DNA of 64,000 nucleotides from Stylophora pistillata (Eukaryota): NCBI RefSeq assembly GCF_002571385.2, contig NW_019217964.1, positions 127,829 to 191,828 of the forward strand, read 5' to 3'. Shown piece by piece: positions 10,955 to 21,125 of this stretch (position 1 is its first letter; each line of letters starts with the position of its first letter). The notes under the pieces were generated by a model. It saw only the letters and a program-made list of their open reading frames with translations, ran no database searches and was not told where the DNA came from. The position numbers and the translations under genes were made by a program.

Positions 10955-12422
10955 TTAACATTCCTTGTAACTTTCACAAGTGAAGCCGAGTGGGAAAACA
11001 CAGTGAGAACTCCAAGCGCCGAATTTCTCACAACATATATCGTGTTCAAGACATCCCTGATGAAAACAGCAATCTCCACAGACCCAAGACCAGCAATAAC
11101 AGTTTGGACCACACATACCAGTGCAATTATTATTTCTGGGATCAAGTAACAAGTCACAGCGCTTTTGTCTTGTGCTATGGTGCCCAGAAATTTCATTTCC
11201 AAAATCGCGTGTTGCCCTCAATTCATGTGGGATCTGAATGTCTGAAGTCTTCAGGATACTGTAACACAGGGCATGAAATGGCTTTAACATATCCGGTTGA
11301 GTCACATTTTCAGCAAGTGTTGCTGACAAGCGTTCTAGGAGTTTAATTTCCGGTTCTTGCCGCAGCTCTCTTATGGCCTCATTGTAATGAGTTTTTAACG
11401 CCGTTAGTTCGACTTGTGTTTCCTCGGTGGTCCGATCCATGTTCAGAAACTCGCGAAGACTGTGCGACGCTTTACGAATGGCTTTGGGAACGTAAAACAC
11501 TGATGGACCGCGCCTAAAGAGGATTGAAAAAAATCATTGATAGGGAATTAATTCTCCGTAGACGAAATTTATTCCAGCTTTAAAATAGCGCGTGGTCTAT
11601 TTTTTCGAGTCAATTAGTATTCCAGTAGTTCTGGCGCAGGATATTTCGTTGTACAAACTGTGACATTCTTTTAAGAAACTTTCAAACATGTGGTTGTTAT
11701 CTGTGATATACGGCTTTCAAAAAATGTATATGTAGGAAGGATTATCTCACGTAATGCCGGCATGACAGTGCAATTTCTAAATGTTGTCGATTTACAAATT
11801 GACACCAGAAAACTGTGTTTCTCCTTCCCTTTGTTTACACTAAGACAGATTCACTACAAGTGCGCCGGTAAACAACTTCACCATTGTCCTAGGGCTTCTT
11901 TTTAATTTTAAATAACCCCATGTAGTTCTATAGCCGACTATGACATTACCGGTATTTCCCACCAAACGCTATGAATGACGGTACAGAATAGAATAACAAG
12001 GTTTGAGAAGGCTCGAGGGCGTTTTCCAACATAACATAGCTGCTGACGATTGATAGAAAAATATCTTTCATCAAACGAGCACGGGTCAATGACGACTCTT
12101 CTTACGATTGCGTAAATAAAAAACGTTTCACTTACCCTAGGAAATCTTGATCTATAATCTTGTAATAGAACATGTTTGTACCAAGTTTTTGGTAAAACAC
12201 TATTATTTGCCCGGTTGTCTTCATCACTTTCATCGAACCTTGTTCAATATCAAAACAAATCCCCAAGGTCTGGTTGTTATAGTAGCATCCTTTTACTCGA
12301 TGCTCTGAGTAATCCTCGAAATGCAGCGCTTGAGTTATAGATTTGCAATCACAGCTTGCTACTGAGCAACAAAAAACTGCCAAAGTTAACAAAAAAGAAA
12401 TTGGAGTTTTTGAAGAAGACAT
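10955..12422 (-). CDS. Secreted Cys-rich precursor, paralog A (exons 12422-12136 and 11513-10955; 281 aa)
   Basis: Signal peptide MSSSKTPISFLLTLAVFCCSVASCDC; phase-2 GT-AG intron (GG|gtaagt...ctttag|G) joins the two ORFs in frame; RQKR site followed by a 67-aa 14-Cys domain; clear paralogy with 15160-16335. Confidence 0.85.
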
Positions 12423-15159
12423 TTCACCGTGAAAAAACGCTCGAAGTTTCAAACGTGAAGTGAAGCGACTGCTGTTGTTTGAGAATCCCGATGGAGGATT
12501 CACTCCAATCCGTGTGTAGAAGTTTGTGCCACAGTGTATGGCAACTTGATTCTTAAAGGTATTGTCTCTCTGGCCAAAGTTCACTTTTTAAACGTGACCA
12601 GCAGTTTCAGTTTCTCATAAGCCGGCCACAAAAAAATTCCGCCGGATCTTATTCCGTTTCATCATTATCAGAAAAATATATACATCTGTGCACATGCTTT
12701 CCTTTTTTGGCAACATCTGTTCTTACACTGCTGAAGGAAGAAATTCTCAGCTATAATTGTTTATGTTTTCGATCCCCTAGTTTTTTAAACGAAGCAGTTT
12801 AAGAGCTACTCGGACAGCATATTTTTGTTATTCAAGAAGTTACCAGACGGCTTTGCTTAAGGAAATCGGTGAAATTTTGACCACCGCAATGTTTGTTTGC
12901 TTCAGGATGTCATTTTGGAGATAACTAAACTTGGGATGATGCTTAATACTGAACCGTTTCATGATTTCTTTTCACTGCGGAAGTATTGCAGAATCTCAAT
13001 CATTAGAAAAAGGAATGTGCGTCTTGATTTGGAGCAATGAAACCCCTGATCAGTTTAATTAAATATTCTGAACTAAAATAGAGCGAAAAAAATTAATTAT
13101 TTGCACTAATAGTTTGGTGGTGGTTCATCCACAGGTTAGCTATGTGTCCTCTGTTTTCAGGTCGCATTTGAATCTGTAGGAAAGAAAATCAGAGGAAAGC
13201 CATGGTTCATTAGATTGGACAGGAAAATACTGAACCTGCATGACTCCAAAGGGATGAGTGTCAGATTAGAACTATTTCGATGTCTCGGGCCGTCGGAGTA
13301 ATAACTCGTGGAATTCGTGTCAAGGCTGGGTTTATCGAAGTTTGGAGCTGCTAGATGATACATTTCAAGATTCGTTTCGACCCGAGATACAAAGTTTAAC
13401 ACTGTTTTGGTGAGTAAGAAAGAAAACTCTGAATGGGAAATATAAACCAATAGAACAAGTAAGAATGGAAAAGAATGTAAGAGACGAACTTGAACAATTT
13501 GAGCTCTTACTTTCAGCTCTCATCCTTGTGGTTCTATTGACCCATGAGTGTTACTGATGACGCCTTTAATCCGTATACAGATGAATATCTGTCAACTCAT
13601 TGATAATTGAGGATGTTTAGATACACTCGAACAGCGATTTTTCACATTTTTTTACATCCAGTCAACAACTGGAGCATTAAATTCAAGTGTTTACCGAAGC
13701 AAGTTCGCCAGCTTGATTATCCAGGCGGTTAAGAGCTGCGTGCATTCCAAGGGTAACAAAAGAGACATTTCATTCAAGTCAACTTTAAAGAGACTTCGAG
13801 GTAGATTAATTTTCTTTCTCTCTTTATACCCACTGAATATTCATCAGGCTGTAAAATACGATAATTAGATTAATTTTTTCTATCTATGCTAAGAAACTAA
13901 ACTTGACTTAACAAATTACTTATATTACCAAATTATCAGTTCAATAACTAAAAGCTTTTTTTCCATGAATAGCGTGTTTCTAATTTATAAATTCAAGATA
14001 AAGCTAGCGATTCTTTCTCTAAGATTGCAGGGTGAGCTGTTCTAGAGGGTTGCGTCGCTGTAATAAATAATATTTTTCAATTAGCAAGTTCACGGTAAAG
14101 GAACAACCAGTTTGTTGACAGAGTCCCTTAGGTAATCGCGTGTTTCATCTCGTATGATAAATTGGAACGAGAAATACCCAGGAACAAGGCCATACATTTT
14201 AAATAATAATCGCGCATTCGGAAGAGTGTGGAATGATTTTCGACAAGGAAGCATTTCCCAATTCGGATCCCATCGAAACTGAGGTTGAATGATCGGACCG
14301 GCAGACATTGAAGCTGTATGGCTGAAAATAGAAACAGAGATTGAGGGAACTTGTTTTTTTTTTGTTTTTTTGTTTTTTTTTTTTCAGTTTTTTTCCAATT
14401 TTTTCCACTGTACTATTTGTCACAAAACAAAACAGCTTTGGAAGCTCTGATCTTAACTTAAATGGTTTCTAAATGAACTTAGCCTAAGCCAGGATTATTC
14501 AGTTGTGTATAAATCGAATATGTTAAACTTCATTTAGATCGCTAACTCGTAATGGCATGAGTAGTGTATGGCACAGCTTGGCTTTTCTTTGTAAAATAAA
14601 ATTAATTTAAGGCTGCATCTAATTCATCTAACCATTGCACCGCTCTTGTTTCTTTGATGTTGTAGGGACAACAGGTGGGAAGTTGTTGCCATTCACGGTG
14701 ATTTTGTGAAAACCTCTACAGCTGGAATCTTCTTCGTCGCATCGCCAAGAAAGGTATATAGTTGGCAGAAAATCGAGGAAGGGGGAAAAAAGTACACCAG
14801 GTGTTTATTTTGAATGATGGAGAATTGAAGAAGTCTTGAGAAACTTTTGGAAGGGGTATCCTGGCCTATGCGGGGCCGAACTTTTAAAACGGGTAAAAGA
14901 AACTGAAGCTAGACTACTTGATAAACCACTGACTAAATGTCTTTATTTCCCATGATGCTGATCAATACTGCTCCTCCACCTAGACATGCACCCGATGAGA
15001 CAATAATTATAGCAGAATAGAGCTTATTCAGAACCCCTGGAGAGAAAGTACAGCCGCATTCAGAAATAAGTGAAACTGACTAAATGAAACTACTACAATT
15101 GAGAGTCAAAGTCAGAACACGCGTTCTCTTGTTTTTCCCGAGTATTACATCGAGGCGCA

Positions 15160-16335
15160 TTATTTTTTCCACCATGAACTACTTTTCGTACATTTTTTAT
15201 AATAACGGAAACCAGAACAAGTTAAACCAATTGGCGCCAAACAGTAAGAACTGTACGGTTTCTTCTTGCAACACAGGTCATGTTCGTAACAGCCCCGATG
15301 CCAACAGCAATCGCCACAAAACCAACTCCAGCACCAACATCCTTTACCGCACATCCCGCGGCAGTTATTCTTCTGTGGCCTCGTGCAACCGCGATTCTGT
15401 CTTTCTTGACCATAATCAGCGTAAGCCTCCTTCATGCTATGCGCAGCTCTTAGCTCGGGTGTGATCTCCACGTCAGAAGCTTTCAGTAAGTTGAAACATA
15501 AGGAGTGGAAAGGCTGGAGAATTTCTAACCGAGTAGAGTTATCTCCCAGAGCTGCTGACAGCCGTTTCAGTAAGTGAGTTTCAGGGACATAGTGGAGCTC
15601 GTTCATGGCTTCCAGATAGTGGTTCCTCGTGACGTCTTCTTGTTTCATATCATTCTGAGAACTGCGTCTCAAAAACTCCCTCAGTGCGTCTGGACTTCTG
15701 GGAATGTTGGCGGGGACATGAACAAATGAAGGACCATGTCTGTGGAACAGGGAAAAAGGCTCTGTCAATTAAAGGACTTTTCTGTTGCAGCGAAATCAAA
15801 AAAGATTGAGCTCCGAATGGATTTCTGGTATGGATTTCAAACCGAGAAGTTGTCAATTGATAAACTCCAAAATCAGTCGATCTTGTCTTAGTTCCTTAGA
15901 AACATGAAACATGACAAAGGAACAGTAGGGCGTGAAATCACAACTACTATGAAACTAGTACTTAAGTGGAAAATTCAAACGAAGACTCTCTTTCATCATT
16001 TATTGTAGTTGATGAGTAGCCATGCATTTTCAAAGGAGGGCTGAGTCACACACTTACCCAATGAAACCCTGATCCAGAATGTGGTAGTAAAACATTTCAG
16101 GTCCAAGGTCCATGTAAAGAACCATTTCATCGCCATTGGCCTTGAGCAATTTCATGAATCCTTCCTGAATATCGAAGCAGACGCCCAAGGTTTTATTGTG
16201 GATGTAACATCCTTCTGCGTGGTCTGCGGAAAAACTCTTGAAAAGGAGGCCTTTATCTACAGCTGTACAATCAGAAATTCCTCCTATGCACAAAATCGTG
16301 AAAAGCAAAATAGGCGACAATGTGGGGCAATTCAT
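15160..16335 (-). CDS. Secreted Cys-rich precursor, paralog B (exons 16335-16058 and 15739-15160; 285 aa)
   Basis: Signal peptide MNCPTLSPILLFTILCIGGISDC; phase-2 intron at the same position as in paralog A (DQGFIG|HGPS vs DQDFLG|RGPS); RQNR site followed by a 76-aa 14-Cys cationic, Trp-rich domain. Confidence 0.85.
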
Positions 16336-16421
16336 TGTGTCCAGTTCAATTTACCACCGATCGTTATCGTTAGCGCGTGCACGTTTTTGAAGAAATGAAT
16401 GCGAGGGGACAAGATATTAGG

Positions 16422-16428
16422 TTTTATA
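16422..16428 (-). promoter_or_regulatory. Candidate TATA box of paralog B
   Basis: TATAAAA on the minus strand about 90 nt upstream of the ATG at 16335. Confidence 0.4.
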
Positions 16429-17622
16429 GGTTTGATTAGCTCTAAATCATTGTTAAGAGTTCCTGTGTGGTTGCTGGGATATTGTTCGTAGATGTGTGGA
16501 ATGTTAAAATCACTTGTTCTACCCAGCGGGTGTGCTTCTTTCCGCTCACAGAAAACTGCATTCAGTTGGTTTTGTCATAACACAGCCTGTGACCTTCTTT
16601 CAGCTAAATGAACTTCTATATCAATGAGATTTTCATTCCACATTAACAACAGAGTTCAAAGTACACGTGATGTAGCACATAAACTTTGCTTGTAACTTCA
16701 GAATGTTAATTTTGTGAGTGGAATTACACTTTTAAAATCAGCATTTATTTAAGCCATCGTGACAGTTCACTAATTACTTTAAACGCTTGAAGAACATGCA
16801 CGATAACGTTAATTGGAAAAAGATATAAAAAACAGTGAAAAGTTGTCCAAATAGTGACTAGGATTCTGTGAAAGTTTAATTTTGGTGATATTTTTAAGTT
16901 TGTGGAACCTTTCTCTCTCTCAAATTCTGAATTATGTGATTATTAACAATAATGCTTTGAAATGGCATCCAGTTTACAAAAGAAGGAAAACAAATCGTGA
17001 TTGCAAATATTTGGGACATTGTTTCAACTTGCCGTGTTTTGAGTTCGAATTATCAAAGTCAACTTGTTTTGAACTTTCGAAAACGTGCCTTTATCATGAC
17101 TTTAGCCGGCTGTAAGTGTTCTCCAATATATCTATCCTGATACCTCAATGAAACCTCTTTGTCCACACTGAAACACATTTACGGCGCAAAAAATCTAAGT
17201 AGTAAAACATTTCTGAGATAATGAAGCCACCGTTTTCAATAGATTGAACCCTTATTTTTGAGCTTGTTTATGGCGGACGATGAATGGCTTTTACGTTCCA
17301 GAAATATATCAAATCGTAATAATTTCGTGATGTCTTGAACAATAATACTCAACATAAAATCTCCAATGCTTCTTCAGTAAATATTGGATCGCCTAGACTT
17401 TCCATAATGATACGTGTTTCAATTTAAACCATAAAGTACTGGATACTCAAAAACCACATAAAAGTTTCGTGTTGACTTAACTTCGTGCGTTACCCGGGGC
17501 GCGGGATGCGATAATGGAGCGAGAGATAATGACCAAATAAATTTTATGCGACTACATTAGCGATACCATTTCATTCTGTCAACAGTGTTTATATTTTAAT
17601 TAAGAAATCGACGCAAATTGAC

Positions 17623-19039
17623 GGCTAGGGTAAAATTTGGACTGGACTGGACTATTTCTTGGACGATTTTTTGAACGATATTTTGGACTATTTTTTGGAC
17701 TATCTTTTGGACGATTTTTTGGACCATTTTATAAGGGGGAAGGCACATCTTTAGTACTCAGGGAGGGGTGGGTGCAGTCGACAAGCACTGAGGGAGGAGT
17801 GGGGAAGAGTGTTATTACTCAGGGAGGGGTGGTAGGTGGTTGTAGTTGTAAACACTACTGGTTAATGGAGCTTCTACTCGATCATAATAATTATTGATTG
17901 TTTTTAAACTGGCGCGCGAAAGAAAATTTAGTGGTGAACAATAAAGACAATACTTACGTCTCGGAACTATCAGCCGATAGTTCCGAGACAGAAACACTCT
18001 ATTGTTTGACTAGGTATTTCGGTGTAGTGCGGAATTCTGTGATCTCGTCTGATTAGATCACTGACAAAAGGAAGATAGATAAATTCAGTAAGAACATACT
18101 GTATACACAAAGGAAAACGTGAAGCAACTGATAGTGCACACACAAGTCGACTCAAAAGGCACACGGATAACTCAACAGTGGAGGATCGTAAACGCAGTAT
18201 TTTCAATATAAATTAAAGTCCAGTGTTTACGTGGCAGTTTCGCTTTCGCATTACGGAAATTCCAGATCTTGTCTGATAACATCAATGACAAAAGGAAGAG
18301 AGATAAATCTGGTAATTACACACTGTATACACGTTTTTCGAGGTGTGCGGTCTGCGCTCTGCGGTCTGCGTTTTCGTGGTCTGTGTCAACGAGACACCTG
18401 AGAGAATATTGCTTTGTACGATTGTACCAAAAGTGATTTCATATAGTAAACGTACAAACGTTAAAATTGCGATAGCGCTTGTGAACTCTATATTTGCGGC
18501 TAAAGCCAAGGGACAAGGAACGGAAATTCTGTGATCTCGTCTGATAACGTCAATGACAAAATAAAGATAGATAAATCTGGTAATTACACAAAGGAAAACT
18601 GATGGTGCACAAGTCGACTCAAAAGGCACACGCATAACCTATGCCAGACTCGTAACTCAACAGTGGAGGATAGTAAACGCGACATTTTCAAAAAGAACCA
18701 AAGTCTTGTATTTACGTGGCAGTTTCGCTTTCGCATGGCTAAAAAATTAAAGAAACGCCGCGGCCCAGCGCAAAATGTTGATGTAGGAGAAGTCAGTCGA
18801 GGAACCGATTAAAATAATTATTACGATCGAGTAGAAGCTCCATTAACCAGTAGTGTTTACAATTACAACCACCTACTACCCCTCCCTGAGTAATAACACT
18901 TTCCCCCCACCCCTCCCTCAGTACTTGTCGACTGCACCCACCCCTCCCTGAGTACTAAAGGTGTGCCTTCCCCCTTATAAAATGGTCCAAAAAATCGTCC
19001 AAAAAATAGTCTAGTCCAGTCTATATTTTACCCTATGCC
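17623..19039. mobile_element. Non-autonomous Mutator/MULE-like DNA transposon
   Basis: Long TIRs (about 17623-17895 vs 18812-19039) starting GGC(A)TAGGGTAAAAT; 9-bp TSD CAAATTGAC / CAACTTGAC (1 mismatch); no transposase ORF; internal direct duplications. Confidence 0.8.
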
Positions 19040-19208
19040 CAACTTGACTGCATTAATTGGAGGCAGCCATAGATTGTAAGAAATAGTGAACTGTGAATGT
19101 TAAGCCAGCGATGAGTAATGCTTTCATTTAGGCTCGATCATTTTGGTATTCATTATCATTTGGTAAAACCAGAGTTATCTCAAAAATGTTTTTCGTCCTC
19201 TTCTCGGT

Positions 19209-19775
19209 TTACCACCACCGCCACCTCCGATTTAATCACCCCTTATAACCTCCAAATTCGGAGGATGTAAAACCGCAGGAATGTGGAAAAAGGCAGTGTG
19301 GACTTGTTGGATTTTCTCTACAATAGAGATCGTGTTCGTAACAGCCCTCATGGCTGCAGCAATCGCCACAGACCCAATTCCAGCACGAAAACCCTTTGCC
19401 ACACAATCCTCGGCAGCCATTCGCCGTCGGGTAAATGATTGATTTTTTGACCCATACAGTGCACTCATGAAGACATATCTTACTGAATCAGCTTACCCAA
19501 CAAATGCTTGATCGAAGACTTGGTAGAGAAACATTTTGGTAGTAAGTTGCCTGTAATTTAGAACTTCATTGCCATTGGTCTTCAGTAATTTCACGAATCC
19601 TTTGCGCATTTCGAAACAAACACTCAAGGTCAGATTGTATAAGTAACATCCTTGGACTTGGCCCAGAGACTGATTCTTTCGGCGAAGTCCTTTTAACACT
19701 AGAAGTTGCTCTTGTGAAGGATATAATTGCGACTACGTTCACAAGCATGGTTAACTGTGACGGAAATTCTGTCAA
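19209..19775 (-). pseudogene. Pseudogene, paralog C of the secreted 14-Cys precursor family
   Basis: Exon 1 homologous (GCYLYNLTLSVCFE...FLYQVFDQAFVG|gtaag) but frameshifted near 19690-19696; the acceptor and exon-2 prodomain are deleted; residual mature domain CRGLCGKGFSCWNWVCGDCCSHEGCYEHDLYC...FTSSEFGGYKG*LNRRWRWW* has lost several Cys and the last Cys position is TGA. Confidence 0.85.
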
Positions 19776-21125
19776 TTTTCACGAAAAGTCGGATTGAATA
19801 CGTACGATTACTGACAGGCCAGTTAAGCTCCCTTTTCGTGAGACTTTTGTATCAATGCCGTGAATTATTTGACTAAGATTTTAAATGAATTTCACACCCA
19901 GGAGACACCGACAATGGACCAAAATGACAAAAATAAAACGGGAAATACGATGTTATTGCCGTGCTTAGGGTAGGATAATAATGAATATCATAACAACAAA
20001 AAATCCCACTAATCTAATAGAGTCACTTTCATGCGGACTTTCCATCACGGTGTTCGAAACTTTGTCCCTAACGTGTCACTCAGTAGGGTGATTATTTTTT
20101 CCTTGCTCTGTGTCCAGTTAAGGTCTTACGCTCAAGCGTAGACAGCTTTATTTGCTTGTAGCACCAGAAAACAAAGTTTTATCATCAGACTAGTTTTACT
20201 AATTGCGTTTCTTTTAATCCTTTTGCCAAATTTAGAAACGTAGGATGCCTGTACTCACGTCCGTAGAATGGGCAAGTCACAGCCAAGCATAACAACATGT
20301 AAAGTAATCTATCTGCAGTGACAAATGATACACATTCTAATTGGACTTTTCAGCTTAGATCAACACTGTTGCACTGTCGTTACATTTTTAACGTTAGATA
20401 ACGACCTCTCTCCGGCGAACGCACAGCATTCTTACGGAAAAAGACCAGGCCAGCCGGATGAGTGCAACAGTGCGGAAAAAAGTAACGAGAGAGCCTGGGG
20501 AGAACCCTTGCACGGTTCGCAGGTCATCATGAAAATTATGCATGGCGTTTGTTTAAATTTGATTATTGCCATTTTATCGATTTTTTTTGCGTGTGTTTTG
20601 GTAAATTGAAGCTATACGACGTGAAAAGAATGGACTTTATCGATAACCACTAAATCACTTTCCTCAATGAGCGTTAAAAATGAATAAAATTAACTCAAGG
20701 CACTCTCGCAAAATATTGAGCAAGTTGCCACACCAAAACTGGTGTTACACTTAAAAACCTTGCTAGCAGTGGGCAGAAGTTGACCACAGGACAAAAGAAG
20801 GCAAACACAAAAGTGATTAAAGACACATCCCCATCCCCCTGGTTATGTCAGTCGACCTTTCCCATTGAGACACTACGGCTTAATAAGGCGATTTTGTTTT
20901 TGCAACATTCCTTACCTGGATGGGACAGAGAAAACGATCGGTGCATGGACAGAAGTATACAATACTTTATTAATTCCTATTTCATAGCTTTTACAGAATC
21001 AATTTGGCAAAAACGTCTGTCACTGTTTAATACTACTGAAGTATGAAACTATCACATACTGGAAGTTAACTTTCCGTCATCAATTAATCATAACGAGCTA
21101 CACAATGTTTGAAAAATTAGTTTCA

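Noticed and set aside
12423-12584. N-terminal extension of the ORF for paralog A exon 1
   Set aside because: Starts at a non-ATG codon; the ATG at 12422 gives a proper signal peptide matching paralog B
13134-13450. Exon-like segment with splice signals between paralogs A and B
   Set aside because: No similarity to the cluster genes or to any protein I recognise; cannot be supported
20325-20609. 94-aa ORF with a GKR motif suggesting a neuropeptide precursor
   Set aside because: No convincing signal peptide, no repeated peptide units and no recognisable homology
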